A stretch of DNA of 64,000 nt. Origin: Octopus sinensis (Eukaryota). Shown one piece after another: positions 36,401-49,890 of the stretch. A model generated the notes under the pieces. That model ran no database searches and was not told the origin of the DNA. It was given only the letters and a program-made list of their open reading frames with translations. Each line of letters starts with the position of its first letter. Positions within the stretch are counted from its first letter, which is position 1. The DNA is taken from the NCBI RefSeq assembly GCF_006345805.1, contig NC_043003.1, positions 69,874,001 through 69,938,000 on the forward strand, in the 5' to 3' direction. The position numbers were made by a program, and so were the translations under genes.

Positions 36401-38539
36401 AACATACATATATGTATGTATATTTATATATGTAGTGTGTGCATGTGTATCATATATATATATATATTGTCAGTTTTTTTCTTTAAGACTGCCTGATACA
36501 AGAGAAAAAAAAGAAAGAAAAATTTTTAATGGAATTTTCAATAATTTAAACCTACCAACTCCCACACAGGTTTAATTGCCTTATAATTCTGGTGAGAACG
36601 AAGATCTTTTTTCTGTTTTCTGACAGCTGATGCTAGTTTGGATCAATATTTAAAATAGGATTCTTCTTATTATCCTTGTCAAAATGAATAGTTGCAAATT
36701 TCATGTTTTCCTCTAAAAAACACAAGTGTAGCATTCGTTTTTTTTGTTTTTGTTTTCTTTGAGAGGAGGGGAAGACCTGAAATTTCCTCTTGGAAAATTC
36801 TCCAAGTAGTTTTGATTTATAATTCTTTTAAGTATTGTTGCCTTTCGCTTCATAATTTTTTGGTAGTTTAGTTCCAGAATGGCAAAATTCTACTTAAACT
36901 TGGCAATGAACTTTCAATTCAGCAGAAGAGCTATCTTTTCTTTTGCTTCAGTCACTAGACTGCGGCCATGCTGGGACAACATCTTGAAGAATTTTAGTCA
37001 AATGAATCAGTTCCCAGCACTTATTTTTATTTTAAGTCTGGTACTTATTCTATCTGTCTGTTTTGCTGAACTGTTAAGTTACGGGGATGTAAACACACTA
37101 ACATCGGTTATCAAGTGGTGGTGGTGGACAAATACAGACAGGAAAACACACATGATAGGCTTCTTTCAGTTTCTCTTTACCAAATCCATTCACAAGGCTT
37201 TGGTTGGATTAAAGCTATAGTAGAAAATACTTGCCTAAGGTGTCACGCTGTGGGACTGAACCCAGTGTCATGTGATTGGGAAGCAAACTTCTTGCCACAC
37301 AGCAATGCCTAGCTTTGGTTGGCTTTATTATTTCTTTTCTGATTGTGATAACATTTATTGGTGCCACTTTAGTGTGCATTCCACCTGGCCATTTACACTT
37401 TAGCATGAAGTCAAACCTCATGCCCTAACCCTAATCCTGATCTGGTAATCTCACAGCTAGACTATGGAGACTGTTGTAAACTGCATGCTAAAATAGCCCC
37501 CATTTGTGTAAGCATTAATTCTATAAATCAGTTTATATCTCACTGGCAGGTTTATCTTTCTGTTTTGATATTTATGTGAAGGGTAGAATTAAAGTTTATT
37601 GCCCACAAGGGGCTAAACATAGAAGGGACAAACAAGAACAGACAAAAGGATTAAGTCGATTACATCGACCCCGAAAGGATGAAAGGCAAAGTTGACCTCA
37701 GTGGAATTTGAACTCAGAACTTAATGGCTTATGAAATGCTGTTAAGCATTTCGCCCGGTGTGCTAACCTTTCTGCCAGTGTGGAGGTTCTAAAAGACTTA
37801 TGTCTTTGTTTGGCATTCACTGAACCTTGCCCCTGTCCCAGCATCCAATCGGTCTCTGTCAAGCTTTCCTCGCCTTTCATCTTTCTAACACCTGTCTTTC
37901 TACTCTTCTAACTATGGCACAATTCAGCAGCTGAAATCATATGAAAGCAGAATCTGCATGTATTTCAACCCCCACCCCCAGTACTACCAATTACCACTCT
38001 CTAGACCTACTTCCTTTTAACAACCATTCCTCATTCTCAGTGTCCTCCTGTCCCACTTTATTTTCCACCATTCACTTCTATTCACTAAAATAGAAAGATT
38101 GGTTTAACATGTAATTGAACTTGCATTGCAGGTTCAGCTAACTGCAAGTTCAATGGTATTTGCTTGTGAGAAGCAAATTGCACATCAGTCTAACTGGAAT
38201 GGTATCAAAATTAAGATATGACTAAAGATCTGGTATATAACCCAAACATATGAAATTAATTTCAATGAATTTTGAATAAAAAACAAAACTTTTATATCCG
38301 ATGCATTTTGTTTGAGTTTGATACCTAACATTTTAATTTAGATTGATAAAGTGCAGGTGTGGCTGTATGGTAAGAAGTGTACTTCCCTAACACATGGTCT
38401 TGGATTCAGTCCCACTCTAAGGCACCTTGGGCTAGTGTCTTCTACTATAGCCTCCAAGCCAACCAAAACCTTGTGAATGGATTTGGTATGAGGAAACTGA
38501 AAGAAGACAGTTGTATATATCCACATACACACACATGTA

Positions 38540-38720
38540 TATATATATATAGTTGGAATTTACAGGACAACAAAAGACAAAGACAGGTGTATTAGTTTGA
38601 CGCTCGGGAAGGTAAGAAAATCTTTTATGTTTCAAGCCTACGCTCTTCAAAAGAAAGGAACACGAGGAAATAAACAGAGAGAGAATAAAAAACTTGTGGA
38701 TTTAGCGATCAAGTATGGCG
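38540..38720 (-). mobile_element. Penelope-like terminal-repeat fragment, same family as 10560-10730
   Basis: Shared gacaggtg...tattagt...acgctc.ggaa...tctttta.gtttc.agccta.gctcttc; the hammerhead-like core is degenerate. Confidence 0.55.
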
Positions 38721-39269
38721 ACTGGTTGGAAAAAGTAGTTTAACAGGAGAGCTAGGAAGAAGGGGAGATAATAAAGTACTGGTGATCCCAAAACAAAGGG
38801 GCACATGCATGTGTGTATGTGAGAGTGTATGCATGTGGATAGGGGCTAGTGACTTTGATGTGTAGATGTGTGGATGTGTGGGTGTACAGATGATGGTGTG
38901 TGGTGTGGGTGCTGGGAAGTGGTCAGTGCTGGTGTGGTGGTGGTGTGTATGTGTGTGTATGTATGTATGTATGTATATATATATATATATATATATAAAT
39001 AAAGTGTGTGTGTGTGTGTTACTTTCTCTTTGCATTGACATTGTGTAATGGCTGTAAATGATCATTGTCATACAAGCAGTGTTGCTCATTTCTTGTCTTC
39101 TCTGAAAATATGTCTGTTCATGGAGAAATAAAACCTTATTTGGAAACCGGTGAGGATTGGCAACAATGGGAGGCATCTGGCCATAGAAAATCTACTTTGA
39201 CAAAATCCTGCCTGACCCATGCAAGCATAGAAAAGTGGTTGTTAAAATGATGATATCGGTGATGATGAA

Positions 39270-39476
39270 AGTGCCAGATGCTCTGTGTTTCTTTCAATTA
39301 ATTCTAAATACAACAAAGAATTTAGTAAAATAACTTGGTCATCATTAAGCTAGTGTTAGGAACATAAATTGTGACTAAGGTTTGGTGGAAAATTTTAATT
39401 CAAAACTTACGAAAACAAGACATTTGTACTACAAAGCCAGAGGTGTTTTCAGCCGGGTTGGTATCAAAAGAGTTAA
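39270..39476. mobile_element. TTAA-MITE, truncated copy of 11351-11581
   Basis: Reverse-complement similarity across ~200 bp; ends aaaagagttaa. Confidence 0.75.
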
Positions 39477-40102
39477 GGTATGTGTGTTTGTGGAGTGCTC
39501 AGCCACTTGCATGTTAATTTCATGAGCAGGCTGTTCCATTGATCGGATTAACTGGACCATTTGTCATCATAGCTGATGGAGAGTCATGCCACCCCAGGAG
39601 AAATAAGACGGGCTATACAATAAATTAAGGAAAGCTTGTGATGGAGCTATGTAAACAGACCAAAATAAATAAGATAGTTTTCTAATTGATAAAATGTTAA
39701 ATTGAGGAAGAAATAGTTTACATGTGAAAATACTTCTCATGAAAGTTGTAAACCTTGGTGATGGAGTAAAACCATCGATGTCCTTTTTTTTTTTTACATT
39801 GGCACCAATCCTAAACTTTTTAAGAAGAATGAGATTTCATTTGATTTGACTGAGCATGTAGAATATCATTTTGCGTACGTTTATGATATACTACTGAACT
39901 GTTTTTGAGTTTTGCTGCATCTCAGGAAGGTCATTATACCAACAGTAACACACACACTGATTCTGTTTCACTTATTTGTCAACTGTTTAACCATTTATTT
40001 GAGTATCTAATTCTTTGATTAATTGTTTGGTCAATCAGACAGCTAGGTTTGTCAAAGACCTTTTGTCGTCATTTGCGACCCCTTCACTGACCTGCCATAA
40101 CA

Positions 40103-40400
40103 CAGTGGTTCTCAACCATTTTTTATCTGTGGACCCCTTTGATTATTATTTCATCCTGGTAGACCTCCCCCATAGCCATTCAACATTTAAAAACTAGATT
40201 TATAGAAACTTCTTTCAAAATTCATATTTTGTTTATCACACATTCCCTTGTGTTGTCTGAACGATGTAAAATGTCAGAGAAAACCTAGTTGTTTTTTGAA
40301 ATAAATACGTGTAAAGCAAAACTTTTTCATGCATCCAGTTTACTATTTTGATTCTGTGGACCTCCCAAGATCTTATATGAACCCTGGTTGAGAATCACTG
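40103..40400. mobile_element. hAT-type MITE
   Basis: TIR cagtggttctcaacc / ggttgagaatcactg; 8-bp flanks ccataaca / ccctatca (6/8 match). A related left end lies at 6638. Confidence 0.75.
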
Positions 40401-42074
40401 CCCTATCACATGAATTCACATCAAGAATCTTGTAAACCAAATACAAGGATGAAATATCTTTGAGCCTTCTCTCTGCTGTATACCATTGCCATGTTGAGTA
40501 TGACTTTTACTTTACAGGAAAAGCTCACTAAATAAGACACTGATTCCAACAATTTATGCTGATGGACCTCCAACACATTGTAGAATAGAGAAACTTGTAT
40601 AAACCAAAGACTGCAGGATGATCAAAACTGATACTTTAGTAATGAGTTGCAGCAGCAATTGCTGGCTTTAATGCTGTATTCTTGGACCAAATGATTGGTA
40701 TTCTTAATCTTGGCAAAAACTGTTATTTGTTTGATAGTGATTAGTAAATCTTTTATTAAGAACATTGGTTTGATAATGACAGCAAGTCTCCATGGTTTTA
40801 ATAGGATCACATTATATTGTTTCTTTAATCCTTTCATAGCAATATTTCCTATAAAGTACAGAATTAATTGAAAATAATTGTTGTAATTAATTCTGAAAAT
40901 TGTCCCAAGTACAAAGAGATTTTGTAAAATAAATAACTTGTTCCATTATTAAACTGACGTTTGGAATTAGATCTGACAAAAGGTCCTTCATCATCCACTT
41001 TTCCATTCTTCCATGGCTCAGATAGAGTTTACTGCACCTGTTTTAGGTAATATTTCTCCATCGCCAGACATGGTCTCACAGGATATTGGTAATGGATGAC
41101 ACTGCTGGAGTCAGTAAAACTATTCTGACTCTGACTCACAATATTTTTATTCTTTAATATAAACCGGTTATAACATATAAGCCTACTCAAAGTACAAGCG
41201 TATGCATATGCTTTCTGAGATATGTAGACCACTTTAATTACATAAAGGGAGTCGGAGTTGGAGGTGCCAATAGTAGAGGAGTCAGTGTTTTGTTTTGACT
41301 CCACAGCCCTGACTGCTTGTATGAGAGTGACACTCATTTACAACCACAAGGAGACTCAAACATACACTTGTATGCACTTACACACACGCCTACACCCACC
41401 TGTCAACCAGGGTCTCAGTCCACACAGTATGTAATACATATACACACATGATGGGCTTCTGACAGTTTCCATCTGCCAAATCTACTCATGAGGCTTTGGT
41501 CAGCCCAGGATTGTAGCTAAAGACAATTGTTCAAGGTGTCGCACAATGGGACTGAACCTAAAATCTTATGGTTTGGAAGCAAACTTCTTAACCACACAGC
41601 CATGCTTGTTCCTATAAAATTCTGCTGCAATGTTGTAATGTAGATATGAGTATTGCAAAACAAACATAATCATCATCATTTAACATCCATCTTCCATGCT
41701 GGCATCGGTTGGATAATTTGACAAGGGCTGGCAAGCTGGAAGGCTGCACCAGATTCCAGTCTAATTTATCATGGTTTCTACGGCTGGATGTCCTTCCTAA
41801 TACCAACCACTCCAAGAGTGTAATAGGTGCTCTTATGTGCCACCAGCCAGATACCATTTGCGTGACACTGGTATCTGCCATGACTGATTTTACTTGGCTT
41901 GATGGGTCATCTTCTCAAGCATGACATAATGCCAAAGGTCTCGGTCATTGCCTCTGTGAGGCCCCACACTCGGAAGGAGCTTTTCTCATGCCACCACCAA
42001 ACTAAGGGCTGTTTTAGATGGGTTAATATCAAAAGTGTTAAATACCTTTATCTTGCATTGAATTTATGAATTAC

Positions 42075-42447
42075 TCTGTTGTGTCTCAGGAGAGTCATTC
42101 TCTTTTAGTACCTTACAATTTAACACACTCACTGGTAAAATTTCCACTCGTTTACTTATTTATTTTTCCTAAAATTTTTGTTGCATCTTGCAACATTTCC
42201 AATAATTGTTGACACTGTCCATTATTCAAGCTGCATTCTTTTTGTTTGTTTGTGCGCACTGACCCACACACAAACAAACAAAAAGAACACAGCTCGGATA
42301 ATGGACAAAGCCAACAACTATTGAAAAGGTTGCAAGATACAACGAAAACTTTAGGAAAATAAATGAGTAAATGAGTGGAAATTTTACCAGTGACTGTGTT
42401 AAATTATAAGGCACTGAAAGAGAATGACTCTCCCCAGACACAACAGA
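42075..42447. mobile_element. Fold-back MITE / near-complete palindrome with ~180-bp arms
   Basis: tctgttgtgtct...tttgtttgtttgtg mirrored by cacaaacaaacaaa...agacacaacaga; short central spacer. Confidence 0.85.
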
Positions 42448-45400
42448 ATATGCTGTAACACATAAAGAATCTTGCAAACCAAATCCCAAAACGAAATATT
42501 GTAAATTACTCCTTTCTCTTTAATTACTAGATATATATAACTCTGTACTAATCTCTTAAAATTTTTTGATGGTCCACAACTATATGAAACTTTCAAAATA
42601 TTTATCACTTATCAGAATGCGTTTACACTCAAGTTATGCAGTTGTCGTTGATTATTAGCTGGTGTGACTAGATCAGGTTTCATTAGCAGAGAACTACTAA
42701 CATGGAGGTATAGCAGTTTGAGTCATAGCTGCAAATATGCTGGGGTTTTCTTTTTTTTTTTCTCACTTGAATAATAAAGGCTCCAAAAGATTGGTTGCTT
42801 AAATCTTGTCAAACTGAAAAAAACCCCAACAAAAACAACAAAAAAGAACAAAACAAACAAGATAAGAAAAACTCTAGTTGTTGACTTTCATTGATTATTT
42901 TGGAAATGTGGAGGTGCAATGGCCCAGTGGTTAGAGCAGTGGACTCATAGTTGTAGGATCGAGGTTTCGATTCCCAGACTGGGCATTGTGAGTGTTTATT
43001 GAGTGAAAACACCTAAAGCTCCATGAGGCACCGGCAGGGGGAGGTGGAGAACCCTGCTCTACTCTTTCACCACAACTTTCCCTCACCCTTTCTTCCTGTT
43101 TCTGTTGTACCTGTATTTCAAAGGGGCTAGCCTTGTCCCATTCTGTGTCACACTGAATTTCCCTGAGAACTACGTTAAGGGTACACATGTCTATGGAGTG
43201 CTCAGCCACTTGCACGTTAATTTCATGAGCAGGCTGTTCTGTTGATCGGATCAACTGGAACACTCGTAACCGACGGAGTTCCATCATTTTGGAAATAGAA
43301 ATGCTGTTTAAGTAAAGAGGAATTCCTTTTGGTTCCAGCTTGCAGAATTTATACTGTTGGTACACCTGACTAAAACTGACAACTTGCTCAAGCTAAGATA
43401 TATTATTGTGAAGGCATATGACCTAGTGGTTAAAGTTTTGCACTCCTGGTTGTAAGATTTCTGATTCAATTCCTGGGTTGGGTAATGTGTTGTGTTCTTG
43501 AGCAAAACACTTCATTTCACTTTGCACCAACCTACTCAGCTGTAAATGAGTTCTGATGATACTGAAAAGTTAACCCTACAATGGACTGACATTCCATCCA
43601 TGTGAGATCTCGGTCACTTACACACCATGGAAAATTGGTTAAGCTTTGGCTTTATAAGTCTTAGTGCTCATGACAATGCTACATATTATATTACAAGATA
43701 TAAAGATTAGATAAAGTAGAGATATTTTAACAGATGAGAAATGTTTAGTAATATATTTTCCAACATTACTGTTAGCAATATGTGTGTCATTTTAAGTTTA
43801 TAATTATTTCTACAATTTATTGTATAAATGACTATTTCATGAAGTCATCATTTGGTATTGTCAGCAAAGACCATGACTAGTCTATGCTGTTTTTTCATAC
43901 ATTTTCAGCTTAAATTTATTTATTCACCCTGCCTTGCTTTGATTGATTATGACTTTCAGAAATAGTTATAGAATTATTTTATTTAGCAGGAAGGCTATTG
44001 TGGTGTATCTTAACAAATCTGTGTTCATTAAATCTCCATTATTTCATGAGGTGACAGATTTTCTATATTCAGTTCTCATTTACATATAGGCCATTCTTAA
44101 TGGATAAATTAAATGGTCATTAAGCCAAGTATATGAAAACCATATTTTTTAAATCAGAAAATAATATAACAAAAAAAATTTTTTTTTTTGTCAAAATGTG
44201 TCTCATTAATTTAGAATTAATGATACGCTAATATGACATTTTTATATTTGTAAGACAATCATATATGCATAATAATGGTTTCAAATTTTTGCACAAGGCC
44301 AGCAATTTCAGTGGCAGGTTTCAGTTAATTATACCAACCCCAGTGCTTAACTGGTACTTATTTCATTGACCCCGAAAGGATAAAAGACAAAGTTGACTTT
44401 GTAGAATTTGAACTCACAATGCTAAGTATGCTGACGATCCTGGCAACTTACTGCCCTATTTGATTGTACGTGATATTCAGCCAAAGAAATTTCTCCATCT
44501 TGTTTTCTTTATCTTCCACTCATTTCAGTTATTGGACTGTGGTCATGCTGGGGCACTGTCTTGAAGGGTTTAGCCAACAAATTGACCCCAGTATTTATTT
44601 TTAGTTCTGGTACTTATTGTATTGGTCTCTTTAGTTATTGGTACATAAACAAACCAACACTGCTTGTCAAGCGATGGGTGGGGGCAACATACACCAAAAT
44701 ACACATATACTTAAAAAATGCAACTAAGGTTTGGTGACTGGAAATGCATCTAGCTGTAAGAACACTGCCTCAAAACTAACTCTTATCCAACTTATTTCAG
44801 CACAGAAAAAAATACTGTCACCTGGGCATATTCAGTGCACCCCAATTTCAGTAGCGCCTATTTAGGAAAAACACTTAGTGCATTGGAGCATGTAATGTAG
44901 ACTTGACTTTGTATATAAGACATGGAGTGATAGAATTTGAGAAATGTTTTTGGAAAATAAGTGTCTTATATGGCATCAAATATAAGAGTAAAGACAATGA
45001 TGATACACTTTACTGTCTTAAAAGATGAGGAACATAATGGATGGTGTAGTGTTAAATATACAAAACTGCAAGACAGACAATACTAGAATGTGTTAAAATG
45101 TTTTTGATCAAAGGTTTGCTCAGGGAAGACTGCTTGGAAACTAAACAACACCAATGGCAGTAATAGTGAAGGAGTGTCACTTCAAATTCTTTCATTATCT
45201 AGTAGCTTAGTACATCACTTAGTTGTTATCTTCTTCTGTCCCACCCAGTGCCTCTGAACTAGTTTCTTGTTTTAGCTAAAGTCTGTACTAATTCTGTATC
45301 ACATGTTAAGTAACATTTGATTGGTGTGACCAAGATATTGTATATTGATTGGTCCATTTTAAACATAGGAAACAAAAACTAGATGTTATGTTTAGAAAAA

Positions 45401-46569
45401 TGTTCATTTCAATCTGACATTTTGTCTCTTTTCAGATATTTAGCATAGGAATAAACTTTATAAATATATATCATCACCACCATCATCATTTAACGTCTGC
45501 TTTCCATGCTGGCATGGGTTAGACAGTTTGACTGGAATGGGTAAACCAGGGAGCTGCACCAGACCCCAGTCTGATTTGGCATGGTTTCTACAGCTGGATG
45601 TCCTTCCTAACAGCAACCACTCCAAGAGTGTAATGGGTGTTATTATGTGCCACTAGCACATGTACCATTTACATGATGTCAGCACTGGCTGCAAGTACAC
45701 TTTCACAGGTGCCATTTACATAACATTGGTAGGGTGCTGTTTTGTCAGCAACGGCTACAACTATTCTTTCACAGGGGCCATTTACAGGACACCAGCAACA
45801 GCCATGACTACGATTTCACGGGTGCCATTTACAAGACACCGGCAGGCATTTAAAATTAAAACCCCATTTGTGTTCTCTTTTTATACCTACATCACTCCTG
45901 CAACCAACCCCAGAGTCGGTACCTGTTGTATATATGTGTATTTGCATGTACCTTTGTCTAGACATCACATTATAGTTGTAACCAAGCATGATGATGATGA
46001 TGCACAAACAACATGTCCAGCACTGGGGAAATAACCCCTTGCTTGGAAACAGGTGAAGGTTGGTGACAGAAAAGGCATCCAACATGGAAAAGTGAATGTT
46101 AAACGATGATGATGATGTAGGCTGACCATGCGTTTGGAGTTATTAGATGCATAGTTTTGGAAAACCTGTTCTTTCGTTTTACCCTTGCCATTCTTATAAT
46201 TGGCAAGAAGACAATGGTTGGTTTTTTTTTTCCTTTTGTGACTACTTTGTTATCTGACCTAAATATTTTCAGTACCAAAAATTATATTTAATGTAGTAAA
46301 TTACTAGATTATATGGTGAGAAATTCAGTAGGATTTAATCTGTTTACAATTTAAGTATGTGATATTGTTAATTTTCATTACTGCTCTCATATCACTGAAT
46401 ACTGAGTTTTGGGATCATCACATGTCTGCATTAATGAGAATCTGTTAATTATTCTTCAGACATTCCTTTACCTGTAGTTAGGGCTCATATTAGGTTATTA
46501 TTTTCTGCCCCTTTTTCCATGCTGGCATGAGTTAGATGAGTGTACTGATGAACCCTTACCCTTTTTTTT

Positions 46570-46872
46570 TACCTCCACCTTATTGAAGGCAGCGGTATTG
46601 TTTTCTGTCGTGTTTGTTTGTTTGTGGACTAGATATCTCAAGAACCGTGGATGGATTCAGATGAAACTTTCAGGGATGTTTGGCCTTGTGACTGGCACAA
46701 ACTGCTTAGATTTTGGCATCGATCTGGTACCAGACAAGGATTCTGGATTATTTTTCCTGTTTTTTACTTAATTTTTGAGAGCAGTCAAGTTTATTCCAGA
46801 TACTCTCATCCTTGGCTAATCACTGAAAAGACGTTGACATTGCCTTGGCAGAGGTTTGTGCTCTCTGAGCCT
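46570..46872 (+). mobile_element. Helentron/Helitron-type non-autonomous element
   Basis: 5' tacctccacc..., (gttt)n tract, gatgaaacttt, internal gatctggtaccagacaaggattctggatt, 3' ccttggcagaggtttgtgctctctgag; recalled HINE-like layout. Confidence 0.6.
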
Positions 46873-47851
46873 TGAGATACATGGTTGGGAAGCAGGTTTG
46901 TTAACCATATAGCCTTGCCTGGCTATGGCAAACCCATCCAACCCATATCTTTTATCTTTTTTCAGCCATTAGACTGTGGCCATGCTGGGGCACCACCTTG
47001 GAGAAGTTTTAGCCAAATAAATCAACCTTAGTACTGTGTGGCATCTTGGGCAAATGTCTTCTACTACAGCCTCAGGCTCGAAAGTGGATTTGGTAGACAG
47101 AGACTGAAAGAAGCTCATTGTGTGTATGTGTGTGTGTGTCTCCTACCACCACTTGACAACCAGTGTTAGTTTGTTTATGTCCTTGTAGCTTAGCAGTTTG
47201 ACAAAAGAGACTGACAAAAGTACCAGGATTAATAAAATAAAAAGAGTACTAAGGTTGATTTATTTGGCTAAAACTTCTCCAAGGTGGTGCCCCAGCATGG
47301 CCACAGTCTAATGGCTGAAAAAAGATATATGGTTAACAAACTTGCTTCCCAACCATGTATCTCAAGGCTCAGAGAGCACAAACCTCTGCCAAGGCAATGT
47401 CAACGTCTTTTCAGTGATTAGCCAAGGATGAGAGTATCTGGAATAAACTCGACTGCTGTCACAAATGAGAATACTAAAAATGGACCCAGAGCCATGTGTT
47501 CTTACCACACAACCTCACCTTCGCCTGTTGAGGAAAAAGAAGTGAAAAAAAAAATGACAATGATGTTCATTCTCTTCATAAAAGCTTTAATATTTACCAC
47601 TGACCTTAATGAAGAGTTCATTTATCATTGTTAGGCCTCACTGACTGCAGTGACTATTTGGAGGGTCTCATTATACTGCTTAGCTCTGTCAACCTTGTTT
47701 TAAAATAGGAACTTCATGGTTGAGTGATTGTCATTAGGAAACACCTTTAGCTCTAAATTCCTATCTAGCAACAATATATATTATTATTTGACCTCCATGC
47801 CATATACATTCTATCAAGATTTGTACAGAGAGTTAAAGGTGTTAAAATAGA

Positions 47852-48056
47852 TTAACCCTTTAGTATTCAGCTTTCTCTATCAAATGTAATTCTTGTTTAT
47901 TCACTTTGTCTTGAATTAATCATGCATTATTCTCATAGCTTTGAGATTTCTGTACAATGACATTGTAGAGTAGGTGTGAGAAGCTGGAGAGGATCAGTTT
48001 GAACATAAAACAGGTAGATTATTTGGGCAGGATATTATCAGTTTAAATGCTAAAGG
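47852..48056. mobile_element. Second TTAA-MITE family (also ~20690-20883)
   Basis: ttaaccctttagtattcag ... aatgctaaagg; shares gtcaaatgtaat...ttaatcatgcattat...tttgaacataaaac with 20690-20883. Confidence 0.65.
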
Positions 48057-49575
48057 ATGGAAGACATGTAACTCTCTCAACTTGAATATCAGTAGCTTAT
48101 ATGTTTTACTTGCTTTAGTCATTGGGCGACAGAATAAGGACCAGGGTTGAAAAGGAATAAGCCCTGGGGGTGATTTTGTTCAGCTACAAAGCTTTCAGTG
48201 CTTCTGCATGACCACAGTCTAATGACTGAAACAAGTAAAAGATGATGAGTAATTGCAATTTCTTTTTATGGTTGGTCTCAAAAATCACCAAAGTTGTTTC
48301 TCATAGTTCTCACACACATGAAAGATTTTTTAATAATACAAAATGATGTCATTCTCTGTTCACCTAAAATCAAGTACATTTAGTTTAAACACACACATAG
48401 ACACATAGACACGCACACAGAGGTTTGTGTACTTCAAAATAATACCACTATTTTATGAATAGTTTTACTTTTATTAAATTTTGTGATTTGTTTTGTTTAT
48501 TTTTTCATCTTGAGTGAGGTGTGAGAAAATGTGAGATTTTAAGGTTTCATTTCTTTGTTTGGCAGCCAGAGAAGGGTTGTAAAATGATAGGTAGGTAGGC
48601 AGATAGGCAGACAGGCACACACCTACAGACACACAGACAGACAGATATAATATGTAAATAAAGATGATAGGATAAGTATTTTACACACACACGCACACAC
48701 ACAGTATGTATTTGTATGTATATATATATATAAACTCTGAGCATACGTATATGCATGCATTTTATATATGCATATACATGCATTAGCATGTGTGTGTGTC
48801 TGCATGTGTTGTATGTGTATAAGAATAGCTAAAAAAAATGGGTAATAATGCAAAATGTTTGAAGTCATTGTCAAATAAGTTGGTCACAGATAAGACTCTA
48901 GAAAGTAGAAAATGTTCTTCACCAGCCACCAAACAAAATGATGCTAAATGCAGATTGTAGAAAGTGAAAATAATGTCCTAAATTCAAGATAGTGAGTTTG
49001 ATTCCTAGACCAGGCTGTGTGTTGTGTTCTTGAGCAAGACACTTTATTTCACATTGCTCCTGTCCACTTGGCTGTAGAAATGAGTTGCAATGACACTGGT
49101 GCCAAGCTGTATCAGCCTTTGCCTTTCCTTTGGATAACATCGGCGGCATAGGGGAGGCGGGTATGCAGGGGTGACTGCTGGTCTTTCATAAATAGCTTTG
49201 CCTGGGCTTATGCCTCAGAGGAGAACTTTCTAGGAGCAATCCCATGGTCATTCATGACCAAAAGAGATCTTTAAGTTCATAGGTCATCAAGTTTGTGTGT
49301 CCACTTCTATTTTCTCTTACATTTCTTGCAAATTGTCTAAATTTCACAAACGTAACATCCATTTGAATACTCTTTGGAGATATAAATTATCATACATACA
49401 TAAGTAAATTCCCTGTCATGTACGGAAGACTTTCCCTACCAACTGGCTTTCATGCTGTTTTGGTTTTGTTCTTCATCAATTATACCTTCTCCACAAGTTT
49501 GTAACCACATGCCTATGAGGGGAAACCATTATTTAACTGAATTATTATTTAAAAAAAAAAATGGGGTTCCTCTAA

Positions 49576-49890
49576 AGGATCTCTGGAGTAACGTTACTTG
49601 ATAAGGTGTGTAGCTTGGAGATCAGGGAGTCTCTCTAGGTTGAACTGTTACTTCTATGTATTGAGACGTCACAACTCTGGTACTATCGACATTTGGTTAT
49701 AGAATGTTACCAGAAAAGATCGTAAGACAGATTCTTCAAGCTGGAGAACTAGGAGTAGACCAAAAAGGAAGTGGTTGCATGATATCCACACGCTCAATTG
49801 GTCATGTTTGGGAATCTAGCTAGAAAGTGCAATGTTGGTTGCTTGTGATAGGACCCCATGGAGGAGGTACCTGAAGATTCTAACACCATG
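49576..49890 (+). mobile_element. RTE LINE 3' fragment
   Basis: RISGVTLLDKV...IRESL*VELLLLCIETSQLWYYRHLV..RMLPEKIVRQILQA..RSRPKRKWLHDI...VACDRTPWRRYL. Confidence 0.8.

Noticed and set aside
37423-37440. ccctaaccctaatcct telomere-like repeat
   Set aside because: Only 2-3 degenerate units; no array.
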